Of a stretch of DNA of 64,000 nucleotides, positions 13,555-25,786 are shown piece after piece. The notes under the pieces were generated by a model. The model did not search any database. It was given only the letters and a program-made list of their open reading frames with translations, and was not told the DNA's origin. The position numbers were made by a program, and so were the translations under genes. Every line of letters begins with the position of its first letter. Positions within the stretch are counted from its first letter, which is position 1. Source of the DNA: Octopus sinensis (taxonomy: Eukaryota); contig NC_043020.1 of NCBI RefSeq assembly GCF_006345805.1, forward strand, positions 27,032,001 to 27,096,000. The letters run 5' to 3'.

Positions 13555-14295
13555 GCTTAGCAACTACAACTGACCGATTTTGTAGTGCTGGTTGCTTAGT
13601 AACTACGATAGATTGTTTGTGTAGAGCTGGTTGCTTATTAACCACAATACATTGGTTGTGTAGAGCTGGTTTCTTAGTAACCACAATACATTGGTTGTGT
13701 AGAGCTGGTTGCTTAGTAACCTCAATAAATTGTGTAGAGCTGTTTGCTAAGTAAGCCAAGAGTTTGTAGAGTTGGTTGCTTAGTAACCACAAATTGAGTT
13801 TATAGAGGTGGTTGCTTAGTAACCACAATACATTGGTTGTGTAGAGCTGGTTGCTTAGTAACCACAAATTGTGTAGAGCTGTTTGCTAAGTAAGCAATGG
13901 GTTTGTAGAGTTGGTTGCTTAGTAACCACAACTGATTGATCTTGTAGAGCTGGCTGCTGAGTAACTACAATAAAATGACTGTGTAGAGCTGGTTGCTTAG
14001 TAACAACAACCGATTGGTTTTTGTAGAGCTAATTGATTTTGTAGAAATGGTTGCTTGGTAATTTATTTCAGTTTGTAGACAGCTAGTTGCTTAGTAACCA
14101 AAACTAAGTAAAGCTGGTTGCTTAGATACTGCAACTGACTGTGTAGAGCTGGATACTTGTGTAGAGGTGGTTGCCTGGCAACACAAGTGAGTTTGAATGT
14201 GTAGAGCTTGCTGCTTAATAGCCACAACTGAATATCATTGTAGAGTTGGCCGTTGCGTTGCTTAGTAACTAGAACTGTCTCGTTGCTTGGCTACC
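13555..14295. repeat. Minisatellite, ~30-40-bp unit gtgtagagctggttgcttagtaaccacaa(tacattggtt)
   Basis: About 20 tandem units, progressively more diverged toward 14295. Confidence 0.85.
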
Positions 14296-14935
14296 ATTGA
14301 ATGACTCATCTCATGTCGTTGTAGAAAAGACGTACATTACAAATCGTTGGACATGCTGGATACACGCCGGTGAATGAAACTAAAGTGTGTCTGTTTGTGC
14401 ATACACACCTGTTATCGTGCATGTTTTTTTTTTGTTTTTTTGTTATTGTTTTTTTTTCACAGGTAGAAAACTTTTCACTTTCAATAGTGAATGTTAACAA
14501 AGCTACAAATTATTTTCGTATACAGTATACGTTTAAGTTGTTCTGGAGTCCTATTGGCTGCCATCGAACATTTACTGAGGAGGCCTACCAAGAACGAAAT
14601 TTGTCCTGAGTTGTCCCCAAATTGTTGCAACGGTTCAGACATACATTACTCTCCTCCTGCACGTCTATTTAATTTTTGATGAATAGCTTAGGGAGTTCCC
14701 TCCCTTACCTGTTTTGAAAGAAATTTTCACTAACCAAGTCAATTTGTTTGATTGCGGCCTGGCGGTAAATTAATAATGATTATTATTATTATTATTCTAT
14801 GTTTCACTTTTGCTTTACATTTGTACACGTTGACTCCAAGTCTCACCCAGAGACCTCAAGAGACAACAGGTTGGAAGTTCATGTTATGCCTAATGTGCCA
14901 TATATTTGGTTTTGTATTTAGTGTTGTACTAGTTA

Positions 14936-14986
<51 letters not shown>

Positions 14987-16274
14987 GTAGTTCAGTAGTT
15001 TTATTTATATGTGCTTTTACTACGCTACCGAGTGCAGCTCTGTGTTCCTTGAGTATGTGCTGTGCTTTGTTGTGGTGTTCGTAGATTGATCAGAATAACG
15101 TAAAATCTGTCATGGTGAATTTAAACTATTTTAAGTTGAAATAGAACAATAAAAGAATTTAATCCTGCAATTAGCAGATACATTTGTCCAGTCCCAAAGT
15201 CAATATGTCCCTCGTTTAAGAAACAGATTGGGTTTATTTACATTTGTGAAGAAAAAAAGACACACTTCCCCACACCCCTAACCCTGAAGCAGATTGAAAT
15301 GCAATAGATCGATGCTAGGGTCATAATTATGGGTGACAATTTCATATGACACCGCGAGAAAAAACTGCCGTTCAAACCGAAAAGATCCAATGCAGTTATT
15401 TAAAATTTTTAAATTTTTTATTATTTTTAAACTCATTGCTTTCATGTATTCAAACGTGGAAACAGACGGGTGTGACCTTAATTATTATTGAGTGAGGTAG
15501 GTTAGCACGTCGGACTAAATGCTTCGCGGCATTTCTTTTCCAACTTTACGTATTGAGTTCAAATTTCACATACATCCTTTCGAGAAATTTTAATACCAGT
15601 CAAATACTTGGGAATGGGTTAATGTAATCGATCCCCCCCTTCCCTTTAAATGGTTGACTTTGTGTCAGAAATGAGAAACGGTTACTACTACTACTACTAC
15701 TACTACAACAACCACTACTACCACTACTACTATCTGTAAGGCTGCTGCTGCCGCAAAAATGTCAAAAGAGAGTGCTTTGTGGTATCTACTCTTTGCCTGT
15801 ACGTTCTCGGTTCAAATCCCGCCGAGGTCACCTTTGCCTTTCATCCCCCCGAGAACGAAATAGTAAGGGAACCAATCAAGCACGATAGACCAACAGAATC
15901 ATCTACACCCTCCCCCTATTTTCCTCCCCTAGAATCCTTGTTTCGTAAACAAAAGGTTAAAAGCAGATTGTTACATTTTTTTTTTTTTTTTTTTGCTATT
16001 TTTTCTTGTCCACGCTGATACATTGTTGAAAACGTTGTCATTCGGATTGTTTTGTATTTCTTCATCTGCAACAAAAACCTGTTGTTTTCCTTGAGACATG
16101 TATTTGATTATAATTAAATCAATTTACTCAATAATTAACGATTTCCTTTTTTTCTTCTTTTTTTTTCTCTTGTACTTTCTTTGAATTTTTATATTTCATG
16201 AAATTGAGAACGAGGATGCGAACCACCACGTTTCATACTATTCCACAAAACCATTCAACGTGTGTGTGTATGTA

Positions 16275-16306
<32 letters not shown>

Positions 16307-16656
16307 CATACATACATACATACAGTATAAAGACATACTGCATGTATGAAGTATACGTAAAGCGAAGATATGGGGTGGGGTTTGCCTTTCTAGTCAATAA
16401 TGTACGCATATACATTATTTGAGTATATTATACATACATAGGTGTTGGTGTGTGTATGCATATGCGTACAAGCATAAACACATGCCCGTGTCTGTCCACC
16501 TTCACCTGTGTGCGTGTGTATGTGTGTTCATGCATATGTGCACACAAACTGCGCATACACGCACACATAGAATGTACAGGTTTCTGTATGTATACATACA
16601 CATGTCCATCTATCTTCAAATGCCTGTGTTCATGTGTATGTGTGCATACACTCAAT

Positions 16657-16696
<40 letters not shown>

Positions 16697-17522
16697 GTAT
16701 ATATATGATAATAATAAGTGCAAATTCACGAAACTTTCGTCCCTGCAGTCACTCAGTTGTTTCTGCTTCATATCACTAAAAATTTACACCTTATATTTTG
16801 GGTTCTATTTTACCTGTTTGCATCACCACACCTGTGCATACATACATACAGACATACCCAACTCTTGCTTACATGTATGCATGTGTGGGTGTGTACACAC
16901 AGACACACCACACACATCACACACACAGACAGGTGTGTAACCACGTATGTATGTAGTTGCATAACATACTGCTCGTTGTAAAGGCATATCGGATACTTGC
17001 AGTGTGCAGTAGTTGCAGACCGAGGGAGGATGTTGCCGAGCAAGACGACAACTCTGATTGGTTGGAAGTCCACGGTTCGTGATGAGACTCTTGCATGGCC
17101 CCAAATATATCCATCCACACAAAACCGTACACCCATCAATACATAAATGTATATACGTACATATATATATATATATATATATACATACATAATTTTATGC
17201 CTGAGTATATGTGTGAGTATAAGTTTTATATCTATCTGTGTGGGTGTGTGTAATGTCTCTCTCTCTCTCACACAGGTACATATGTACGTACATGGAGCGG
17301 GAAGAGTTAACGCGAAATTCGGGGTTATGGCGGCCATGACACCAATTGTTCTTCGTATTGAGCCTGTTTTATGTATATATATATGCACACACACACTTGT
17401 GTGTGTGGAGAGGTATGGCTTTGTAGTTAGGGTGTGTGGTTCACGATTGTAAGACGTGAGTTCAATTCTTAGTGGACTCTTGTGTCCTTGAGCAAGACAC
17501 CTTATTTCATGTTGCTCTCATC

Positions 17523-17702
17523 CAGGGGTTTCTAACAGATGGTTCCCGACCCCCTACGGTGTCGCGAAGCCTTCGCTGGGGTGCCGCGTAGTGTGGAATT
17601 CTGATAATATTACTTTCAACTATCAACTGATTGTAGGGGGTCGCGTGCGTTCCATGCCTTTGGATAAGGGGTCTCGAGTGCAAAAAACGTCGGTAACCGC
17701 TG
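17523..17702. mobile_element. hAT (Charlie-like) MITE inserted into a SINE
   Basis: Termini caggggtttctaac / ggtaaccgctg; degenerate 8-bp TSD ctctcatc / ctctagtc; host SINE sequence resumes after it. Confidence 0.6.
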
Positions 17703-18478
17703 CTCTAGTCCACTCTGCTGGTAAAAATTAGTCATACTTGTAATTCAAAAGCGCCAGCATTGTCACAGTGATGAATGTCTCTGAGAACTGTGTGTATGTG
17801 TGGGTAATACACATGTACATGGGCGTACATGAACGTGCATAGAAGCGCACATAGATGCGTAAATGCTTGCATTTATGCTACCACCATAACACCACCCGTA
17901 CGCTTGGCTCACTGGGTAACCAGTGGTCTCGTGGGCGCTCACAAAAGTATCTCAGAATGAAAAGTAAAGCAAATGAAGCTCACTCATGGCTTCAAACTCA
18001 AGTACGACTAATAGTTAGCCAGTGAGTGAACTTGTCCGTATGTGTGTGGGTGAGTGGGGTTGTTTCTAGCCCCAATTTGTTGACCATCGCTGTTTGTTTG
18101 TTCACGTCCCCAATAAGTACCACACTTGAAAATAAGTGCTGGAGTCAATTCGACTTTGGCCTCGGCTCAGAGGAGAACCGTTAAATTTCGTGTTTAGGTG
18201 CTAATTCAGGGGGTTTCATTATGTTGTTTGATGCACCCTTACCTTATTGGAGAAGGCATAGGGTCCTTAATGTCTGAATGGGTAAAACGAGGGAAAAATG
18301 AGTCCCTCAGAATGGAAGGTACTCCACCGATAAACTCAATGAAATAATGAGGTCATCTCGATGCCATCTTGGAGAAAGGAACAACGTATTGCATTACATC
18401 AAGCTATTGTAAACGTGTGGATTCACTTATGAATCTTAATGAAGACATATGACTCGGGACTTAACCATACATTTGTGC

Positions 18479-18528
<50 letters not shown>

Positions 18529-19435
18529 TGTTCTGTTCATAGGTTGGCTTATGACAACATTGCTTAAGGTTTTAGACATGAGAAGGAAATCTGATCGCTT
18601 GGTCTCTCCATATATGATAGAGATGGTTATCACTTACTCCCCGATAGATCTATATTCTGGCATTACATCAGATGTATAAACATATATACATACACACACG
18701 CACCTATGGTAGCATGGAACATGAACCTTATATATATATACATATGTATGTATGTATGTATGTTCAACGGAGGCTGGGCTTTGAGACGCCTATCTACGAG
18801 ATCTAACAATTCCTGGAAAGAGATTTAACTGACGTCATTGCTACGAAGGCGGTCGGGAAGCAGAACATCAGACCATGTTTTCCGTGATGCAGCAGTGGCA
18901 TTAATATCATGCAAATATGAAGTCTTGGTTTCAATCACAAGCGCAGCATCTTTTCTTGTTTTCAAGTGACTTCTGCTATAAGCCTTAAGTCAGTCCATTA
19001 GGATTTCTTAGACAAAATTCGAAATTTGGTGGAATGGAAATTTTGGCTAAATCTTTGAGGCAAGAAGAAACCTTTTGAGGACAGATGACTGGAAAGTCTT
19101 TTACCCACTGTTCCATTTAACATTCTCGCCTCGCCGTTGGATGCTTTTAAACAGGGTCCATTTTGTTGGAAGCGGTTGGCCATCTTGTCTTGGAGGTTAA
19201 AGGAAGAAAATTAAGAACTCTAGATTTTTTTTCTTTTTTCTTTTTCAATGCGGTATCCGTTATGAAGTCATTGACAAGGATACAGATGTGGGAGGAAAGG
19301 CTTCGACGATTTCCTTACCTCCAGCCTAACCTTGGTTACATGAATGATGGTGGCAGTGGTGGGAATAGAGGTGATAATGGTATGTTGCAAATGGTAATAA
19401 TGTCGGTGGCGGTGGTATTGGTTGGTATTGGTTCT

Positions 19436-19672
19436 GCGGCGAGCTGGCAGAATCGTTAGTACGCCGGGCAAAATGCGTAGCCGTATTTCGTCTGCCGCTG
19501 CGTTCTGAGTTCAAATTCCGGCGAGGACGACTTTGCCTTTCATCCTTTCGGGGTCGATAAATTAAGTACCAGTTACGCACTGGGGTCGATATAATCGACT
19601 TAATCCCTTTGTCTGTCCTTTTTTGTCCTCTCTGTGTTTAGCCCCCTTGTGGGTAGTAAAGAAATAGGTATT
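19436..19672 (+). mobile_element. SINE family B copy
   Basis: Full monomer, flanked by ggtattggtt on both sides. Confidence 0.8.
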
Positions 19673-20334
19673 GGTTGTGGTGTTAGTGGTGTGTTGCCAT
19701 TGGCTACGATGGTGCTGTTGGATTATCGTAATAATCGTGTGAGTGATGGTGGTGGTGGCGGCGGCCTTTTCGTTGGTGGTGGTCATTCTGGAGCTTGTTC
19801 TCGTCTCCGTGTGATACCACTGCACGATCGTTCTTGTTTGTAAACGTAATGGTAGTGGTGATGGTTGCCGTACTTATTGTTCATGGTTAGAAACGTAACT
19901 AGCAATGTTGGTAGCGGTTGCTTTAGTAGGAGTCGCATTTTTATGTGTGTGTACGTACTAGTAGTTGACTGTAATAGTTGTGGTGGTGGTTGTAGCATTC
20001 TATGGCGGTTTGAAGGAAAGAAAATAAATTTGTCGATGGCTTGTAGAGGTGGTGGTGGTGGGTGTCAAAGAATTAGCTGAGAGAACTGGTCAGTACAGGG
20101 GATGGATTAAAAGTTCGGAGAAAAAGCATAAATTTTAGCAAATTAAAGAATTTGAATTAAGAAGGAGGGTCAGAAAAATATGGATGGCATTGTATGCGTG
20201 TGTCTGTATGAGAGCGACGGAGAGAGGGAGGCAGTCTAATAATGGTTGATGAAAGAGGTATCAGAAGAATGGTTTCGAAAAGAATTCCAAATCCATGAGT
20301 GTATGTGCGTGAAATATTCAATTGTACTCTAGAC

Positions 20335-20693
20335 ACAAGGCCAGACATTTTTGGGGAGGGAGGCAGACTATTAGATCGACCCCAATACGCAACTGGAACT
20401 TAATTTATCCACCTCAGAAGGATGAAAGGCAAAATCGACCTCGGCGGAATTTGAGGACAGACGAAATACCTATTTCTTTACTACGCACAAAGGGTTAAAC
20501 ACAGAGGGGACAAACAAGGACAGACGAGCGGATTAAGTCGATTATATCGACCCCAGTGCGTAACTGGTACTTATTTAATCGACCCCAAAAGGATGAAAGG
20601 CAAAGTCAACCTCGGCGGAGTTTGAACTCAGAACGTAGCGGCAGACGAAATACCGCTAAGCATTTTGCCCAGCGTTTCTGCCAGCTCTCCGCC
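20335..20693 (-). mobile_element. SINE family B, head + 1.5 bodies
   Basis: Reverse-complement match with a body junction near 20465. Confidence 0.75.
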
Positions 20694-20881
20694 TTCATCC
20701 ACCCACACATTATTGCAGCTAAAGCTTTCTAAGTCTGTACTACGAAGGCAGACTATCTTAATGATCCATCAGTTTTCCAGGTCTGTTGTCTCTTGGAGAG
20801 GATTTGTTTGGTAGTTTCCTCATTGTGCGTAAAATACTGAAACACAGCTAGCAGCAAATGTGTGCCTTACATTATATATAT

Positions 20882-21194
20882 AGGAGTGGCTGTGTGGTAA
20901 GTAGCTTGCTTACCAACCACATGGTTCCGGGTTCAGTCCCACTGCGTGGCACCTTGGGCAAGTGTCGTCTACTATAGCCTCGGGCTGACCAAAGCCTTGT
21001 GAGTGGATTTGGTAGACGGAAACTGAAAGAAGCCCGTCGTATATATGTGTGTCTGTGTTTGTCCCCACACCATCGTTTGACTACTGATGCTGGTGTGTTT
21101 GCTCCCCTGTAACTTAGCGGTTCGGCAAAAGAGACCGGTAGAATAAGTACTAGGCTTACAAAGAATAAGCCCTGGGGTCGATTTGCTCGACTAA
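20882..21194 (+). mobile_element. SINE family A copy
   Basis: Direct similarity to 2868-3206 and 52651-53028; 3' end truncated. Confidence 0.8.
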
Positions 21195-21514
21195 GTATGT
21201 ATATATATGACGCTATGGTTTTGTGTCATATCCGGCAATCATCAGTAAGCTGTAATATGAAGAATTTTATAACGTGGTTTACTCAAAATAAATGGAACAA
21301 TGCCGTTCTGCGTGTTGTCACAATATGATGCATTTTCATTCGTTTTTTTTTTTTTTTTTTTTTAATTAAAAAATTTTTTTCTTTCGTTAATGTTCCATTT
21401 CAAAACGTTCGCATCTACAGCGGAACATAAAGATAATTGGCCTGTCGAAATCGCGCGCGCGCGCCTTTATTGATATTTTACATCACGGCAAGGAATTCGA
21501 GGTTTCGTACTCAC

Positions 21515-21555
21515 TTCCAATGTGTTCAGTTCGACAATATAAAGTATGTTCTCAA
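21515..21555 (-). CDS. Candidate short exon of an unidentified minus-strand gene
   Basis: Minus strand: acceptor cggaatacttttcAG, 41 nt, donor GAA|GTGAGT. Single open frame xENILYIVELNTLE (phase 1 to 0). Confidence 0.45.
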
Positions 21556-22079
21556 CTGAAAAGTATTCCGCGATCGCTTCGTTTAATAACTTAACAAAAA
21601 AAGAAGAAAAAAAGACACAAAAGGTGTGTGTATGTGTGTGTAAATAAATGTATATGTGTTGTTAGACTGGCAGAAAGGGAATATTTGTGGTCTTCGATAT
21701 TTAGGTTCAGATTTCAGATGTCATCCTTGCCTACCACTTTTTTTTTCTTTTATACCATCGAACCTGTCACAGGTATCAATAATGGTTTGACAAATATCTC
21801 GTTTCGTGTTCAAAACTCGTCGGTATATATACGTCGACGCCCCCTGCATTCCACTGTTCCTCCTCCCCCTCCTACTAGTACTACTGCTACTACCTAAGAA
21901 ATGTGTGCATGAGAGAGAGAGTCCTACTTCTGCTTGATATTAGCAATGTAGACTCTTTGTATTACGTACGTACAAAGGTGCATAGTGACTGTCATACACG
22001 AACGCATGTTTAAACGTATATGCAGGCAGGTAGGACGTGCCTGTGTATGTAAGCATATGTCTGTGTGTGTGTGTGTATG

Positions 22080-22111
<32 letters not shown>

Positions 22112-22262
22112 TTATGAATATATGTGTGTGTGTATGTATATATATATATGAATATATGTGTGTGTGTGTGTATATATATATATGAATATATGTGTGTGTG
22201 TGTATATAATATATATATATATATATATATGAATATATATGTGTATATATGTGTGTGTGTAC

Positions 22263-22320
22263 GTATAATGTCCGTCTGGCGGTAACTAGCAGGGTGAACT
22301 TCGAAGTCACTGTCACCTCC
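22263..22320 (-). CDS. Candidate exon of the minus-strand gene, upstream of 21515-21555
   Basis: Acceptor tttattaaacttctacaAG, donor ATAC|GTacac. Frame GGDSDFEVHPASYRQTDII+C ends in phase 1 and joins the next candidate as ...QTDIILENILYIVELNTLE. Confidence 0.3.
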
Positions 22321-22741
22321 CTTGTAGAAGTTTAATAAACACATACTCTACTAAAAAGAGTTGGGTTTATTATTAACGCACACACTCACACACACACACA
22401 CACACAAATGTCCACTAGCGCAAACGTGTGTGCACAGATACACATATATGCATAATACTCGATGTGCCACAGACAGTAAAGCGCCATCTACGTTTCGTTC
22501 CCGTTCCTTTTGTATTGCGGGTTCATATCACACCAGGATCGCCTTTGCCTTTCATCTCACCCCAGGGGGAGGAAAGCAAGGGGAGGAGGGTTGATAAAAA
22601 TAGTTAAAAGTCAAATAAAGCAATCGATTATACGCTTCCCTTACAAAATTGTTGATCTGATGCCAATGGGAGAAATCAATCGATGTTGCCGCAAATGAAA
22701 GAGTGTATACATACATACATACCTCCATATGTGTATCTATG

Positions 22742-22786
<45 letters not shown>

Positions 22787-24066
22787 ATTTGTAGTAAGTA
22801 GGAATTGCATTTCCCGATCGATTTTCGTGATTGATTTAAGTCCACATCCCTTGTACTACTGGAATTATAAAGTAAAGTACTACTAAGGTTCGAACTCACA
22901 ACTTCAATACCAAACCATCTGCACTCAGCTCTGATTGGTTTCTTAAAGGCAACGTAAAAGGCAGTTGAGAGATAAATCTCATCGGGATGGTTCAATGGTG
23001 TGTCTTAAAGTACAATATCTTAGTTTGAGGAAATGTTAGAATATCTATAATAAAAAAAACCATAAAAAATCTGATGACTTGCATATTTTTCGTTATACGT
23101 TCCGGTAGTGTCGAACGGTAATATGCTAATAGCTGTTGTGTTTGTCACAATAGACCTTTTCCTTTCTGATGCACTCACTTGGTACAATTTTTTTCTTGGA
23201 GATGTTAGAAATCTATACTAAGAGTTAAAATGTCCTTGGGTGTGTGGAAAAAGTGAAGAATACATAATGTCAATGTTTCGAGCATTAGCTCTCTATCAAG
23301 AAAGATAACGAAGAAAGATAGTCTGGAAAATTAGAAAGAAGAAAAATTCCTCTGTCGTTTTGACTAATAATAATTATTTCAGATAGGGGCATGGGGCGAG
23401 GGGACTGGGCAAGATGGCGGTAATTCATCGGTGCTTTACTTCTATTGTCCCGTGGTGGATACAAAGCGATGTTGAACTCAGAATGTACGTCACCTTAAGT
23501 AAACACTATAAAGGTTTTTTTCTCTGACGCTCTACCGATTCTACCAATCTTATGTTGGATACAGACAGATTTTTATAATTAAGGGCAGAGGATTTTTTTC
23601 CTCCTTTCAATAGTTCAGATGTGAAGATGGGGGTGGGGGAGAAAGAACTGAGTGGCAGAAACAAAACACTTTGTGTTTTATATTTTGGTCTCTTTTCTTT
23701 CTGAGTTCAAATCCTACTGAGAGCGTCATTACCTTTAAAGAAAGAAAGAAAAGGCGGCGTGGTGGCAGGATCGGCAGGGCGTCGAACAAAATACTCAACG
23801 GCATTTCGTCCGTTTTTACGTTCTGAGTTCTGCCAAGGTCGATTTTTGCCTTTCGTCTTTTCGGGGTCGATAAAAGAAGTACAAGTTTAGAACTGGAGTC
23901 GATTCATTCGACGAGAGATTATTTCAGAGTCGCAGCTCTTTAGGTTCTGGGTTCAAATCCTGCCGCGGTATCGGTTTCCGTCCATTCTATTGGTGGTGAA
24001 ATTTTAAAGTACCAGCCAAGTAATGGGTTCGATGCGACCTTCGAAAACCCTTTCATTAAATTGCAG

Positions 24067-24175
24067 GCATTAGAAAAGGAATAAACATCATAGCCCCACC
24101 TCCGCCTTACGTAATGACAGGCATATTCTTCGAATGTCGAGAATGTTTGAGTACAAGACACCCTACTATTGATAG
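24067..24175 (+). CDS. Candidate upstream exon of the TPR-like gene
   Basis: Acceptor cctttcattaaattgcAG, donor ATAG|GTagat. Only one open frame (xIRKGINIIAPPPPYVMTGIFFECRECLSTRHPTID-R); it ends in phase 2, matching the 25525 acceptor. The peptide is not recognisably TPR-like. Confidence 0.25.
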
Positions 24176-24294
24176 GTAGATGTATGTGAGGTAGCAGAAG
24201 AAGGATAACACTACAGGTTCCACGTTACGTAATGATATATTTTCGTATGTCGAGAGTGTTAAAGGGGAAGACAGCTTGTTTAGTGATTCATAAT

Positions 24295-24394
24295 NNNNNN
24301 NNNNNNNNNNNNNNNNNNNNNNNNNNNNNNNNNNNNNNNNNNNNNNNNNNNNNNNNNNNNNNNNNNNNNNNNNNNNNNNNNNNNNNNNNNNNNN
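24295..24394. other. Assembly gap (100 N)
   Basis: Exactly 100 N, typical of a placeholder gap of unknown size. Confidence 0.95.
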
Positions 24395-24747
24395 TATAAA
24401 TGTATATACATATGTATGCATGTATGTATGTATGTATGTATGTATGTATGTATGTATGTATGTACGTATGTATGTATGTTTATGTTAATAAATGTATATA
24501 CATATATACATAAATGTATATACATGTATATACATACGTATGTATGTATGTCTATGTTAATAAATGTGTAGATATATATATGTGTGTGTGTGTGTGTGGT
24601 GTGTGTGTGTGTGTGTGCGTGTGTGTATAAATATATATAAATGTAAATACATATGTATGTATGTGTGTATGTATGTATTTATGTATGTATGTATTATTAT
24701 TATTATTATTATCATTATTATATTATTATTATTATTATTATTATTAA

Positions 24748-24780
<33 letters not shown>

Positions 24781-25023
24781 ATCATATATATGTATGCAAA
24801 TACATACACATATATATGTATTTATAGATTCATACATATGTACACTTGCATATTTTTATATATACTTACATATATATCCACTCATACACATACCCACAAA
24901 CACTCGTATAAACTCTCTCTCTCTCTCACACACAAACACACACACACACACCATGTTAGATCGTTAACTTCTACACGCATTTTTTTTGTCTCCTTGTTTC
25001 TCTCCGTGTTTCTTTTCTTTGTA

Positions 25024-25061
25024 TCTTTCTGTTGAAGAGCGTAGGCTCGAAACGTAAAAGA
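25024..25061 (+). ncRNA. Minimal type-I hammerhead ribozyme motif (core variant A6>U)
   Basis: TCTTT-CTGTTGA-A-GAGC-GTAG-GCTC-GAAA-C-G-T-A-AAAGA: 5-bp stem I, 4-bp stem II, loopless palindromic stem III (ACGT), GUA cleavage triplet at 25054-25056. Confidence 0.55.
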
Positions 25062-25166
25062 CTTGTTCTATTTCTATTCCTGAGCGCCATACTAATACAT
25101 TTGTTTGTTTGTACTCCACCTGCCTTCGTCTTTTGTTTATTTTCGTAACCTTCCCGTATATAATAC

Positions 25167-25257
<91 letters not shown>

Positions 25258-25339
25258 TACATATATATATATTATAGATATATATGATGAACGTTAGCTC
25301 CTACACGCATTTTCTCTCACCTTGTTTCTTTTCTGTGTA

Positions 25340-25377
25340 TCTTTCTGTCGAAGAGCGTAGGCTCGAAACGTAAAAGA
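25340..25377 (+). ncRNA. Second minimal hammerhead motif in the tandem copy (core variant A6>U)
   Basis: TCTTT-CTGTCGA-A-GAGC-GTAG-GCTC-GAAA-CGTA-AAAGA; same architecture, 316 nt downstream of the first. Confidence 0.55.
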
Positions 25378-25524
25378 CTTGTTCTATTTCTATTCCTGAG
25401 CGCTATACTAATACATTTGTTTGTTTGTACTCCACCTGCCTTCGTCTTTTGTTTATTTTCTTAAACCTTCCCGTCATACATACTTACACACACACCTACA
25501 TACATATACTCTTGTAATTTTCAG

Positions 25525-25786
25525 GCACTTGATCGAAGAATCCATTCCACCATTGCTGGAGGCGTTGGACATTTACCAACACATCAACGCCGACTTTAAC
25601 CTGATCACATCCTTATATTCCGATATTGCACACAGTTACCTCCTCATCAACAAACAGCGACATGCCATCATCTATTTTCAAAAGATTCTCAATGCTAAAA
25701 ACCAAATCGTGTCGCTCAGACCCGACAACACACACGTAGCATCTTCCCTCGAACATATCGTCCGTCTGAGCACTGAAACGCAAGAG
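25525..25786 (+). CDS. Internal exon of a TPR-repeat protein (TPR_12/kinesin-light-chain/nephrocystin-3-like helices)
   Basis: Acceptor ttgtaattttcAG|G (phase 2), donor CAAGAG|GTgagt (phase 0). 262 nt, no stop: (R)HLIEESIPPLLEALDIYQHINADFNLITSLYSDIAHSYLLINKQRHAIIYFQKILNAKNQIVSLRPDNTHVASSLEHIVRLSTETQE. EALDIY, AIIYFQKIL and PDNTHVASSL resemble TPR_12 consensus. Non-repetitive, coding-like composition. Confidence 0.75.

Larger units (their letters stand above)
24953..25475 (+). mobile_element. Head-to-tail dimer of a Penelope-like terminal repeat / retrozyme-like unit
   Basis: ~200-bp unit (gttagatcgttaacttctacacgcattt...aaccttcccg) at about 24953-25157 and 25288-25474, separated by (TA)n. Each copy carries the hammerhead motif. 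Confidence 0.55.

Noticed and set aside
13555-14295. CRISPR-like appearance of regularly repeated ~30-bp motifs
   Set aside because: Units are contiguous and diverged with no unique spacers, there are no cas genes, and the DNA is eukaryotic.
9791-15115. Several tiny plus-strand exon-like segments (9791-9821, 10021 onward, 14324-14368, 14463 onward, 15085-15114)
   Set aside because: Acceptors look plausible and some peptides seem TPR-like (IDQNNVKSVM), but donors are weak, one overlaps a repeat fragment (gttgctatttct.gcag family) and no consistent chain could be shown.
12330-22311. Exact 16-mer gaacttcgaagtcact shared by two candidate minus-strand exons (12330-12345, 22296-22311)
   Set aside because: A 16-bp match between any two positions in 64 kb is not clearly beyond chance, and flanks do not align.
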